Below, piece by piece: positions 35,466 to 48,060 of a DNA stretch of 64,000 nt. The notes below the pieces were generated by a model, which was not told where the DNA came from, did no database searches, and saw nothing but the letters and a program-made list of their open reading frames with translations. Position numbers and translations under genes: made by a program. The DNA is from Felis catus (taxonomy: Eukaryota). The stretch covers positions 108,998,001 through 109,062,000 of the forward strand of contig NC_058368.1 of the NCBI RefSeq assembly GCF_018350175.1. The letters are read 5' to 3'. Each line of letters opens with the position of its first letter. The first letter of the stretch is position 1.

Positions 35466-37195
35466 TTCATACCTAGAGAGGCGGCTGCATGGGAGGCCAT
35501 GGGAGGGGCAGTGGCTCTGATGACCCTGCATGGACTCCCACACCCTGCTGGGTGAGTGAGGGCCTCCTTCCTCCAAGATCTTCTGACTCCCCTTCCTGTT
35601 GAAGCCTCCTCCATACCAAGCTCAGCCCTGCCCCCACAGCCCATGGCCCATCTGGTCCCCATTATAGGCCAGGCCAGCCTTGCCTGCCTGTCTGCCCTTC
35701 AGACACATGTGCAAAAGTGCTCAGGTTTCTCAGGGGCTTTTGTTCGGCCCAGTGGGGATAAGGGCTTTCCTACTGCTGTTTGCCTCATTGATGGGGGCCC
35801 ACCTGGGCAGTGAGACCCTCCCCTTTGACTGTTGGGGTGGGGGAAATAGGGGTACCACGCCCACTCAGTGACTGGTCCACCCATTCCCCAGGCTCCTGCC
35901 AAGGTCAGAGGCTGCAGAAAAAGCAGGGGCAGTCCAGATAAAGCTCTGCAGGCTCCACTGTGCCCCAGTGCTGGAGGCTGCCTGGCATGGGCTCTTTCCC
36001 CCTAGAACAAACATCTTGTCCACACCATCTAGTCTCTCCATCCCCACTGTAGAGCAGAGGAGAAATTTACATGTCATCTCCCAGGCTGAGGCTGAGACCC
36101 ACCTTCATAGCCTGGACTCTTGTTCCTTATCTTAAAGTCAGGCTGCTCTGGCCACCAATCTCATCCCAGCCATGGAGGCTACTATAGCCATCCCCAGGGT
36201 GACCAGCCCTGGCTCTGAGAATGTGAGACTGTGTATGTGTGATTAGGTGTATGTTGGTGGACTGGCTGGCACTTGTGTGTTGTCTTCGTGCATGTGTTTG
36301 CCTGTAAAAGTCCTTGTGAGAGTGTGCATACCTGTATGTGCCTGCAAGCTAGGGGCAGATGGCCCTGGACTCTTCCGGGACAAAGATCCCCAGTCCCCAT
36401 TCAGATCCACACCTATGGAGATACTGCCCTTTTCTCATGAGCTGAGGAGGCATTTTCAAGGCATTCCCTGAAATGTTTCAGCCAAGGGCACCAGGCTGGC
36501 CATGGGGTGATGGGGTGGGGATCCTTAAGCCCTGACCCAGCCGCTGCCCCTCATCTGCTCTGCCTATAGAAAGCCACCCATATTGTGCTAGGAAACATGA
36601 AATGGAAGCAAAGGTACAGACCTAAAGGGGGCTGACCTCACAATGACACCCTTGAGCCTGTCTGCTCCCACTCCCACTGTGTGCTTTGGGCACACAGTGA
36701 TTGATGACTCTTCCTGGCTGCAGGACAGGAGTTTGTTTTTCACGTTCACGACTATGGGCCCATACAGTACCCAGCACAGTTCTGGCAGGTAAGAAGGCTT
36801 GGCACCAGAACCATCTCTGCAAGGAAGCCACACACTTTGCTCCAGTCACAATGGCCTTAAAAGGCTTCTTGGAATGGTCCTGCCCCAACACTATCCCTTA
36901 CGGGCACTGGTGGTGAGAACCACCACACAGTTCATGTGCCAAGGTTGAATCTAAAGGCACTCAGATTTTTGTGTCTGCCTTTCCATGGTCATTTCTCACT
37001 TCTGCTGGGGTTGAACCAGTCCCAAGTTTCAGCCCTTCCCTGTCCAGGCACCACAGCCCAGAGATGCCAGAGCCAGGGTAACCAGCCAACATCTAGGAAG
37101 GCCTGGCATAACAGGGTAAGGGTGGGATGTGTACGTAATGGCCAGAGACCCTACCCCAGAGGGTTTCTCAATGCTTAGGCCCCTCTCTCTTGTAG

Positions 37196-37377
37196 GATGG
37201 CAGTCCGGCGACCAGCAGGCGGCCCTCAGCCACTGGGATTGGGCTAGAAGATGGCAGGCCAGGCCTGGGACCTCCTTATGGGCAGCCATCTCATCTCCCA
37301 TTGCATCACAATGGCAGCAACAGTGAGGCTACCTTAATGACTCAAATGAGCACCCTGCATGTGTCTCCACTTCACAG
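37196..37377 (+). CDS. PDLIM4: PDLIM4 exon 4
   Basis: ttgtag|DGSPATSRRPSATGIGLEDGRPGLGPPYGQPSHLPLHHNGSNSEATLMTQMSTLHVSPLH|gtagta; 182 nt. Confidence 0.95.
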
Positions 37378-37581
37378 GTAGTACAGAGAGATGGCCTTTG
37401 AAGCCACACCCAGATCCCATCTTAATCCCTGATCCCTCAAATCTCATCTTGACCCCTGACACTTGATCTCTGGGTCTCAGCTGGTTTCACTCTGATCCAT
37501 GAAACCTCACCAGACCCCTGAGCTGGCAGAGGGGAAGGTTGGTACCACAACCCTGTCCCTTGGTGCATCTTTTTCACGCAG

Positions 37582-37745
37582 CACTGACCCAGCCAGAGGC
37601 TTCCCACGGAGCCGAGACTGCGGAGTGGACCTGGGCTCCGAGGTGTACAGGATGCTTCGGGAGCCGGCTGAGCCCTTGACTGCAGAGCCCAAGCAGTCAG
37701 GCTCCTTCCGCTACTTGCAGGGCATGCTAGAGGCTGGGGAGGGCG
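37582..37745 (+). CDS. PDLIM4: PDLIM4 exon 5
   Basis: acgcag|(S)TDPARGFPRSRDCGVDLGSEVYRMLREPAEPLTAEPKQSGSFRYLQGMLEAGEG|gtaaga; 164 nt. Confidence 0.97.
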
Positions 37746-38081
37746 GTAAGACTCCTGCCAACTTGCCCCACCTACCTTCCCACTCCCTCAGTAGCCTTGA
37801 ATTGCTCCGCCCCCTCTCTTTGCGTCCCCATGCCCTGCCTCCCAGCCATCTGCCCCTGCCTTGTCTCCTCCCAGCGTTCCCACACCGCTCAATGCAACTG
37901 TGAGTGCTGATTCTCACTCCACCCTTGTCGCAGTCCCTGGTCCCATGCCCTCCAAACCTCGTCCCCAGTCGCAGTGCTGGTGGTCCCTGAAGCAGGGCCC
38001 AACCCACACCGCGTAGAACTGAAGTTATTCCCTTTTCTCACCTCTGCACCTGGCTCATGCCACTTGCGCTCCGGCTTTCAG

Positions 38082-38199
38082 GGGAGCGGCCCGGGTCTGG
38101 CGGCCCCCGCAACCTCAAGCCCACCGCCAGCAAGCTGGGCACTCCGCTGAGTGGCCTGCAAGGACTGCCCGAATGCACACGCTGTGGCCATGGCATCGT
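38082..38199 (+). CDS. PDLIM4: PDLIM4 exon 6 (LIM domain start)
   Basis: tttcag|(G)ERPGSGGPRNLKPTASKLGTPLSGLQGLPECTRCGHGI|gtgagt; 118 nt. Confidence 0.97.
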
Positions 38200-38340
38200 G
38201 TGAGTACACACCCTGCTTTCCCCACCCTGACCCGGGTACTCCCTTGGCCCCGCCCGAGGCCCTGAGGCCCCGGATGGGAGCGCTCACGAATGCGTCAATC
38301 AGTCGCCGGAAGCAGCCCTCTCTCCCCGTCTCCCCATCAG

Positions 38341-38545
38341 GGGCACCATCGTCAAGGCTCGGGACAAGCTTTACCACCCGGAGTGCTTCATGTGCAGCGA
38401 CTGCGGCCTGAACCTTAAGCAGCGCGGTTACTTCTTTCTGGACGAGCGGCTCTACTGTGAGAGCCACGCCAAGGCTCGCGTCAAGCCGCCAGAGGGCTAC
38501 GATGTGGTGGCGGTATACCCCAATGCCAAGGTGGAACTCGTCTGA
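38341..38545 (+). CDS. PDLIM4: PDLIM4 exon 7 (LIM domain, stop)
   Basis: catcag|(V)[67 protein letters not shown]; the seven exons sum to 993 nt (330 aa). Confidence 0.98.
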
Positions 38546-38629
38546 GCTGCTCCCGGAACTTCCAGTCTCTGCTTCTGCTTTTAATGCCCCCACTCGGCCC
38601 GTGTAAATATGTTTGCCCCCTGCCTCTCT

Positions 38630-38635
38630 AATAAA
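38630..38635 (+). terminator. PDLIM4: PDLIM4 polyadenylation signal (AATAAA)
   Basis: AATAAA 85 nt after the stop codon, followed by GT-rich tgtctgtg. Confidence 0.8.
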
Positions 38636-39182
38636 CTCCCTCAGCTCGGCCTTGAACATGTCTGTGCCCTGGCCTGCCTCCCTCTAGCACAGGCCATGAC
38701 TCCCGAGTGTGGCCTCTATGTCCTAGGCACTGGGTGCATTGGTGAGCAAGACAGGTGCTGTGCTGTCTTCAAGGAGGCCACAGCCTAGATGGCTGGCAGA
38801 CATAAATCACAAGGGGCAGTTATATTAGTAGGGAGGTGCGATCTGGGGTGCTATGACTGATGTCACACCAAGGGGTCTGATCTGGGTGGAGTCAGAGAAG
38901 GTGTCAACTGAGGACTATACAGAGAGGAATCGTGTATGCAGAGGTATGGCAAAAGTAAGCACAGACGGGAAAGGTCTCCTCTGGCCACCAGCAGAGAGAG
39001 GGCAGCCCCTAGTAGCTGCAGGTGGGATTGCTGAAGGGTGGGGGGGGGGGCAGAAATCCCTGGGACTGCTGATGGCGGTACCTGCCCCCTGACCTTCCGC
39101 GTTCTCGGCGTTCTCATGTGTCTCTCCCTCCCCCTGCCCACTATTCTTTCCTCGACCCCTTTTTCTTTCTCCTTCACCTCTC

Positions 39183-39201
39183 CCCCCACTAGGGGGCGCG
39201 C
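39183..39201 (+). promoter_or_regulatory. Strong candidate CTCF site
   Basis: CCACTAGGGGGCGC at 39186-39199, a near-perfect consensus core. Confidence 0.75.
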
Positions 39202-40364
39202 ATAGAGAGTGTTGGGGGAGGGCCTGTGAGAGTCAGGAGAGGGACTGGGGAGGGGGGGCGAGGAGGCGGAGAAGGAGAGAGAGAAAGGAGGAGGGCCTAG
39301 GACCCCACCCTTCACGCAGCTCCAATCTCCAAAGCCCAGGGTAAACACAACCCCTTCTCCAGACCTGGCGGTTGATTACCGGGTGGTGGGGCGACCTGGA
39401 GCCTTTAATGGATCCGTTGCTTATGCCGGTACAGACTGGCGCTTTTTAAAAAATATAAATGATATCAGAGTTGGTGAGTTGTGGCCGTTCACAGGCAACA
39501 AACTGCCCTGGACTCCAGGTCACACGGATCTGCGCTCTCCACAGCTTGCTCCCGGCCGGAAGCAGCCTCATTCGCTGAGTCCCCGTTTACTTAGCTAGCC
39601 CTCAGTAATGTACCTTTGTGCTATTTTCAATTTTGTACTGTCACAAAAACCACAAAAGATTTATCGTTTCCCCCTCTTACTATCAGCACACGACAGTGCC
39701 CGTTAACTCACGCTCTTGCTATCACAGGATAGTATCTCTCTCTCTTTTCATTTTTTGCCAACCCGATGAGTAAAATGCGATACTTGATTGCTTTAATTTG
39801 CATTCCTCTGATTACCGGTGATGCACATTCATTCGACAAATACTTCTGTTTGCTGTTGGGCGCTGAGTGAACAGCTGGGAACAGAATGGTCTTCTCCCTC
39901 CAAGACTTCTTCTCCTGTGAATTGCCCTAAACCCTTTACTCATTTTTCCGAGACTCATTTACTTCTTGTTGATAGGACCTTTTCATACTTTTGCAGGGGT
40001 CTTTTTCACTTGACTTTATTCCACTATCACGTTGACTTAATTACTACTGTTGTAGAGTGTAATATGCCAATCTCTCCTTGTTCCTGGTTTTTACAAACAT
40101 GTCAAGGCTGTTCTTGTACATTTCTAATTATCGAGGTTTAGACTCAGGATGCCAGACTCGGAAAAACAAACAAACTTTTTTGAACTGTGACCCTGACCCT
40201 CCAGACTCATTTGGCAAGAACTGGTGTAAAAGGTAGAGTCCTGTCCTGAAAGATACTGTAATCCGTGTTTACCCTGCATTTATTCAGGCATGGTGTACAT
40301 AATCTCGTAAATTTTTATTTCTGTTTACTTCTTGTAGACATTGTGTTCCTGCTTTAATTTGTTC

Positions 40365-40960
40365 TCCCGCCGCCTCCTCCCCACCCTGAGGGAACACAGG
40401 CCAGGACAGCGGACAGGTGCCCCCTGAAAAGTGAGGGGAAAAGAGACAGGGCTGGAGTCCAGAGTCCTGGTCCTGCGGACGATCCCGGGTTCCGCCTCGC
40501 CCGCGTCTCCTGCGCCGCGAGGGGTCAACACTGAGCTCGAAGCCAGACCGGGTCTGGAGCAGACAGAGAGTGGGGGCCGCAGGGCCGCACGCAGGAGCTC
40601 ACTCGTAGGCCACATGGGAGTAGGGTGGGGCTGGTGGAGACTGCCGCTTTCCTCCCCACCCCGCTCTCCTGCAGACAAGGTCCCCGTCCCACCCTCTCAT
40701 AGGCGGGAGCCGAAGGGATGACGGGCAGCCAGGGAAGCCATTCGGCAGCCAGGGAAGCCATTCGGAGCAGGAGCGGGCGGAAAAATACCGAACCCCCACC
40801 CCTAGGCCAGGCTCAAACCCTGGAGACTCAGGTCCCCACTCCCACCCGCCTCTGTGCCTCCCGCAGCCACTTCGGCTAGCCTTAGTCCTGGGACGCGCAG
40901 TCACCCCCAAACCCCATAGGACTACCCGCTCACACTGAGAAGCCCTTGAGCCGCGGTGGC
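40365..40960. promoter_or_regulatory. Intergenic CpG-rich island
   Basis: Many CpGs in non-repetitive sequence between PDLIM4 and SLC22A4. Confidence 0.55.
40724..40765. repeat. 20-bp tandem duplication (ggcagccagggaagccattc)x2
   Basis: Two perfect copies. Confidence 0.95.
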
Positions 40961-41606
40961 ATCTTCTGCTCCCCCAAGACCAACATCTCCACCCTGCAGG
41001 GCTTGCAGCCATGAGAGCAGCCTTTTTGCCTGGGAAGGCATCCTGGAGAGAGGTTGCGGGGACAGGAGCTAAGAGGTGTGTTGCCCAGAGCTGCGGGGGT
41101 TCTTTATCCTCTCCCGGTTTCAGGGCCCAGTCGCCCAACTACCTTCTGTGCCCAGGGGCCCTGACTGAGTCCATCATGGTGGGACAGGGTCCCTGCAAGG
41201 ACAAGATTTCTGTGACCCAGGATCGCAGTTCTGAAATAAGGCAGCAGATGCCTTCTCAGGAGGAAACACAGACCCAGGACCCCCAACTCAGAGTGCCCCA
41301 GCCCACCTGGCCCAGATGGAGTGCTCATTATTGACCCCAAACCTGCTCCCCTCTCAGATCCTTACCCCAGAGGCCTTCAAACCAGAGATGTGGATATCAT
41401 CTTCTGTATCCTAACCCCAACCATCCCATCCTACCCATCACTGTGTCTGGCATTCTGCCTCCTAACCGTTTCTGGGGCCTATTTCAGGGCAGCTGGAGCA
41501 TTCTCTCACTCCCTTGTCTCATGGACACCTTCATGGCCCTAGAGCCCTCAGGATAGAATCCCTGGTGTATCAATTGTAGGCTTAGCATTTAAAGCCTCTC
41601 TGACCA

Positions 41607-41824
41607 GGGGCACCTGAGTGGCTCAGTCAGTTAAGCCTCTGACTTTGGCTCAGGTCATGATCTCAGGGTCCACAAGTTGGAACCCCGTGTTGGGTTCTGT
41701 GCTGACAGCTCAGAGCCTGGAGCCTGCTTTGGATTCTGTGTCTCCCTCTCTCTTTGTCCCTCCCCCACTCATGCTCTCTTTCTCTCTCAAAAATAAGCAT
41801 TAAGAGAAATTAAAAAAAATAATA
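41607..41824 (+). mobile_element. Can-SINE
   Basis: Duplication taaagcctctctgacc. Confidence 0.95.
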
Positions 41825-42416
41825 AAGCCTCTCTGACCTATGTTGCTGACTGCTTGGTCTCACTTCCTCTGCTACACCAGACAGTCCACCATTCTCCAAT
41901 CTGTCCTGCCTTTTCATACCTCTCAGATCTTACCTCAGACTCAAAATGCCTTTATTCTTTCTTCTCCATCCAGCAAACTACTACTCATTCTTCAAGGCCC
42001 AACTCCACTGTCCCCTCTCTTAGAGCAAAGCCTTGGCTCATCCATCCCCCCCACCCAGAGTCAGTAATTTGCATCCACATGTCCTCCACCCCACCCTGTC
42101 CATTCCTGCTCCATGCTTCTGGCATGACCTATTATCTCCTTTGTCAGAGCCTGCCCCAGACCTAATCCGTTCTGCCTAGACCCCAAGCCAGGTACAGAGA
42201 GGCACAGGAACCCTCGGGCCAACACCCTGTTCCCCACCCACTACACACACATACACACATGCACACACACATTGTGGCCTCCCTGCTTCCTACCACCTTC
42301 CTCCTCACCTTGCTGTCCTGGTTTCTGCTGGCATTCTTCCTAAACCTTCAAGGGGAGGTAAGTCCTGGATCCCTTCTATATCCTCCACAGCCTCCCTCTG
42401 GCATTCTCAGCCTCAA

Positions 42417-43200
42417 CTCACTCATTCAAGCAATTATTTACTAGGAATCTACTATGTCCCAGGCATTGTGCTTCATATATGGAAAACATTTTGAACAAAT
42501 ATAAAGTAAGTACAGATTATAAGCACTGCCACAAAGGAAATAAATCAGATATTACAGTAGAGAATTAGCGATCCCTTTGTATATGGAATTTAGAAAGATC
42601 TCACAGAGATGACATTTGAGCAGAGACCTGAGGTGATAAAGGAGCATCTGTGCGGGTATCCAGGGAAACTGCACTGCAGGCAGAGAGGGCAGGAAATACA
42701 AAGGTGCTATGTGGGGCAGGGGAGGAGATGCGTGCTTGCCATGTTCTAAGAACAGTGAAGAAATGGGGTGCCTGTGTGGCTCAGTTTGTTAAGCATCTGA
42801 CTTGGGCTCAGGTCATGATCTCACACTCTGTGAGTTCAAGCCCCATGTTGGGCTCTGTGCTGACACCTCAGAGCCTGGAGCCAGTTTCAGATTCTGTGTC
42901 TCCCTCTCTCTCTGCCCCTCTCCTGCTCATGCTCTGTCTCTTTCAAAAATAAATAAACATTAAAAAAAATTTTTTTAAATATGGCTAGGAGTAGTAGATG
43001 ATATCAGAGAGATGAGGGGTAAGAAAGCTGACCATGTGGACCCTGTAAGCCACAGGAAGGACTTTGACTTTTATGCTGAGATCAGAAGCCAGAGGAGTGG
43101 CATGACCTGGACTTTTATGTTTTAACCAGAATCACTCTAGTTGCTCTGTGGAGAATAGACTGTAAGGGGCAAAGGTGGAAGCAGAGAGACCAGTTAGTAG
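42417..43200 (-). mobile_element. LINE-2 fragment with an inserted Can-SINE
   Basis: Antisense L2 tail and body motifs (gatgacatttgagcagagacctga, ggactttgacttttatgctgag). Confidence 0.7.
42765..42980 (+). mobile_element. Can-SINE
   Basis: Typical head, CT tract and tail. Confidence 0.95.
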
Positions 43201-45244
43201 GCATGACTGCATTCATCCCTAACTAATCCCTAACTAACCCATTTCCCTCTGCCTCCATAGTTCTGGCCAGCGCCCAGGCCCCCACCATCTCTTGTCTGGG
43301 TGCTACAATAGCCTCCTGCTTGGCCTCGCTATCTTCTGTCTGGCCCCTCAATTCTTCCTCTGCACAACAGCAAAGGGAGCTATTTAAAATGCAAATCTGA
43401 TTATGTCACTCCTGTCTATTAAAACTTCCATAGCTCCCCATTGCTCTTAGGACAAAGTCTAAAGTCTCAATCCCAGCCCACAAGGCCACATAAGCTGTGT
43501 CCCCTGCTGATCCCTGCTGACAGCCCCACCTCATGCCCTAACTGCAGTCATGCTGACCTGTAAAGGTTAGGTCGTGAGGCTCTCCTCCAGACAGCTGCAG
43601 CCTTCCTTGACCCTCCAAGGAGCTTGAAATGAAAATGGAGTCCCTCTCTCTAGTTCTCTGTGTAACAAGCTTTGTTTGCCTCACCTTCATCCTTGAGATC
43701 CAAGGAAAGGACTAAGGTCAGGAGAAACCCACATGCTGCTTCACGCCAGCCCTCCCTCTGGGCCAAGAATCCAGGCCTTCCAGAGGGCACAAGAGCCTGG
43801 CCCTGAGCTCACAGCTGATGAAAAACTGAGTTGGGGGACATTGTGACCTGCGCTGTGATGACCAGATGACTAGGCTGTGGGCCCAGAGTCCCTCTGCCCA
43901 CCTGGGAAGTGACCTGCCCCCTCCTCAGCCTTGGGGTCTCCCTGCCCAGCTTACCTGCATGCTGGCTCCATTTCAGACTACTCGTTTTAACCCAGGGTAA
44001 CACTCTTGCCATTGGGCCCCAGGCCAGACCCTGACTTGCTCCTCACAAGTCTGAATAATTTCCTGATTTATCATTTTCCCACATACTATTCAGTATTTTT
44101 CCACACAATATTCCTCAGCCCCTCTGAATGGAGTTGGAAGTCTAACAAGGATTGAGGGTAATAAAGGGGCCTCTCTAACAAGCAACGACCATCCTCCTGT
44201 GCCCCCTTTACCACAAGTGGGAAACTCTATTTGAGTCCCCACAGAAATCAAATTTCTTCTTTGCTTCTATCTAACATACGATTTGCAACCATTTGTGGTT
44301 GAAGGCAGAGGCTCAAAATCCCAGGAAAGGCTGCCAGAGGCCTCACCACCTGTTCCCATAGGGTCTGGGGTCAGCCTGAGCCACTCGGGCTCAGAAACCT
44401 GACTGACCAGCCCTGTGAGGGGGTCTGTCTCCCCAGTCAGCCACGGTTATTCAAGTTCTGAGGCTGAATCACTGCACCACACACCAGCTTCCTCACAGAC
44501 AAAAAAGCAGCCGTAGAAGGACACTCAGCTGCTTTCCAGGGCATGTTTGGCCTAAGGGCATGTTTTCATGGGAAGCCAGAGCACAGCCACAGACTTAGAG
44601 AAAGGGATTCAGGTTGTATAATAACTATAACAAAAGCTGATGTGTCCCAGGCCTTCATCCCGGAGTCCTTAGTGAACTGATATTACTCTTCTTTAATCCT
44701 CACATCAACCGGAAAGGAAGTATAGTTATTATGCTCATTTTATGGATGAGTGCAGAAATGTTGAGAAACTTGCCAGTCTCACGTACTAGTGACCTAATCT
44801 TGATGGCAAGGGCGCTCAGGGTAACCACAAGTACTCATCTTCCCTGGAGAGCACTGCCTGCCCTACCAATGATCTGGTGACTCCGACTAGGTCACTTCTG
44901 AAGGGTGCTAATCTGTCCATCTACTACCCCCACATCAGGAATCTTCCCTGCCTCCTCTCCCTCCCTGATGCCCATATCCGGCTGGTCATCAAAACCTGCC
45001 CTTGTCACCCTGCCCTTGCCACCTGAAAAGCTCCAGAATCCATCTTTCTTGGCCACTAGCACCACCACCCTCTTGGATGCCTAGAACATTCTCCCTGATG
45101 TCTCTGCTTCCACCTTAGCTCCCTTCCTTGCATTCTCAATTTGGCCACCAGAGGGAACTTTCTAAAACACAGATCTCATTAGGGTTTGTTCTGACTCTCC
45201 TTGGCCTCAGAATTAAAACACCAAGTAACAATTAGGAACTTTTA

Positions 45245-45468
45245 GGGGCACCTGGGTGGCTAAGTTGGTTAAGCGGCTGACTCTTGCTCTCAGCTTAGGT
45301 CATGATCTCATGGTGTGTGAGATCGAGCCTCACATCATGCTCTGTGCAGACAGCAGGAAACCCGCTTGGGATTCTCTCTTTCTCTCCCTCTCTCTGCCCC
45401 TCCCCTGCTCAAGCAAGTTCTCTCTCTCTCCCTTTCTCTCAAAATAAATTTAAAAAGTTCAAAAAAAA
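45245..45468 (+). mobile_element. Can-SINE
   Basis: Typical head, CT tract and tail. Confidence 0.95.
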
Positions 45469-46364
45469 GTTTTTACAGTTTAGCATGTTCTAGCCACTGC
45501 CAACCTTTCCAACCTCATCCCTCTGCCTTCTTCCACCACTGGTTTAGTGCTCACATGGGCAAGGGTCTGAGCTGGTTCAGACTGTTTTGGTGCCAAGAAG
45601 TGGCCCAAAACACACATTTGTTGACTGCAGGCCCTCTTGAACAGAACCAGCAGAAGCGGGAGTTCATTCTATTAATGAGGCAGCCGGGGCCCACCTTTCT
45701 CATGCTCCTGAGCAGCGTCCCACGAGGAGCAGCACAGGTTGCATCCTCCCCAGTCATCTCCGACTAGGATGACCAAACACGGCACCTCCTCCTTCAGCTT
45801 CAGATCCTCCAGGCCCACTGCTCACTGCAGGCACTGAAGCGGCAGCCAGCTTTTCTGAGGTGGCCCGATCTCACTTCTCACGTGGCGCTCCTGGACTTCT
45901 CTGACACTCAGGCGTGGAACACACACAGAAACCTGCCCAACACTCACGCATGTGCAATCTGGAAGTGTGGGGGATTCAGCAGGCGAAGGGGCACCCCTGA
46001 GCCAAGAAGGGATCAAAACCTATGGATAAATGTTGCCTACTTCTGAACCTGAGAAAGACATTTCTGAGACACGTTCCTCCAGTTTCCCACAACCGTAAAC
46101 ACCCCTATGCTTGCAGTTGCATTTCTTCCCTCTGTCACCCTCTGCAGTCCTTTACTCTTGTTCTCGTAGATCCATTCCCAAATAGAAGGCAGACATGCAA
46201 GGGAGGGATTCTACAACTGGAACATTCACCTATCAAACAGGGTTAAGGAGTCACTTAACTATTAGCCAGTAGGCTGGTAATAATCCCCGGCATGGAATGC
46301 AAAACTCCTACCCATGGTAGATTAGAATGACATACAAGTAGAAAATGAAACATTTGGCTTGTAT

Positions 46365-46612
46365 CAGTGTTTTTTAACCAGAAGCAGTTTTACCCGACAC
46401 CCCCCTCCCCGCCCCGCCCCCACTCCCCACCCCCTCCCCAGGGCACTGTCTAGAGATATTTTGTCATCACAACTAAAGGGCAGTGTTACTGACATCCAGT
46501 AGGTAGAGGCCAGAGATGCTGCTACACACCCTAAAATGCACAGGACAGCTCCCCCACAACAAACAAGAATTATCTCCCAAAACCTCAATAGTGCCAAGGT
46601 TGAGAAACCCCA
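46365..46612 (+). mobile_element. MER20 (hAT-Charlie non-autonomous DNA transposon)
   Basis: gtagaggccagagatgctgcta...tgcacaggacagc...caatagtgccaaggttgagaaaccc. Confidence 0.9.
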
Positions 46613-48060
46613 ATTATGGCACACAGAATGCATGAGGACAATGGTGATTACAAGGATCAAAGAGTTGACTAGCTTTTGCTAAGTGCTTTAGAAGCCTTGA
46701 AAAAAGAAAATGATAGGCCCAAGTCAGGCAACTATAAACTCAAGGCACACTGTGTAAGCCAGGAAGTCTCCATGGCAGTTCCTAAAGAGACCCTCATCTC
46801 CTGCAGCCACAGGAAAGATTGTGCTGGAAATCAAAACCGGGATTAAACTGATTTAATTGTAAGAGTAGGACAGCCACATCAAAAGGCTGCCTTTACAGTT
46901 TAGATGGATCTCCTGTGACAAAGTGATGGCCCTGATAGAAAATGCATAGGACCCTGGAACGCAGAATAGAGACATCTGGGTAAATTAACGTGAGAATTTT
47001 GAATTCCTAGATTTCCCTAAATCTTCAAGGTCAACAGCAGCAGCTCTCTTCCCCTTGCTATAGGAGAGTAGCTTTCCTATCTGGGAATCATGCCAAGACT
47101 CCTCCTGAGGCAAGTAGCTCCAAAGATGATGCTTATCCTCCTCAAGATCCTTCCCTGCCCACCCCCCACCCCCCAACTGCCTCCAGACCAACAACCAAGG
47201 TGAAGTCTCAGCACAGCCTAGGTGGGAGAGTATGATCCCTGATCCACAAGGAAACGGCATACACACTGAAAAACAAAACAAAACAAAACAAGACCTGTGT
47301 TTGGGTGGAAACAGGGGTAACATGTGGGACTTTATTAACCTAGGAGCACTCTCTCATTATTCTGGGTTTAACATCCAAGCAAGGATGAAGAAAAACACCT
47401 TCATTTCCTTTGTCAAAGATGGCTCTTTGACACTTGGACACAATTATGGCCTACAGAAATAAGGTAGAGAAGTCAGAATTTTCTTGACACTCTATGAAAG
47501 GAGTCAGAAGGCTGAGGGGAGTGAGCATATATTTATCATGCAAGACCAGAGAACCTATCATCAGACTGCATTCCCAAGGCAAGTACAGCGGGTGACTCCC
47601 TTCTCTAAGGCAATACACAATGCACAAGTGAGGACCCCTAGTGTCAGTGAGGATAAGCTTCTAGAATAGCAGAGGCTGAATAGTGACACAATCAACAGGG
47701 GCAGGGTGGAGGTCATTACAAGACCAAAGTAGCAATCAGCATGCTTTGGCCTATAGCTATGTGGTGATGGCTAATTGACCATGGTGTTCCTAGGACTTAA
47801 ATAAATGGGAAGATGACCAGGTGTTCCTTGTGTAACAATCTCACCTCCAAAATCAAGAGCTAGTGAGCAGAAGGCTGACAGTGGTGCCACAATGGAAAAT
47901 AGTTTTTTCTCATAAATTTCCCAGATATAGGCCAGTTCACAGGCTCCAAGCCTATTGATTGAAAACAAGGCCAAGTCTCCTTAAGGAAAAACCCACCTAT
48001 ACTGCCAAAAGTATATATGAAAATTATTTCTCTAATCTCTTCCCACAAAGGATCTGTGGC

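Noticed and set aside
38078..38659. 193-aa minus-strand ORF
   Set aside because: Antisense shadow of PDLIM4 exons 6-7.
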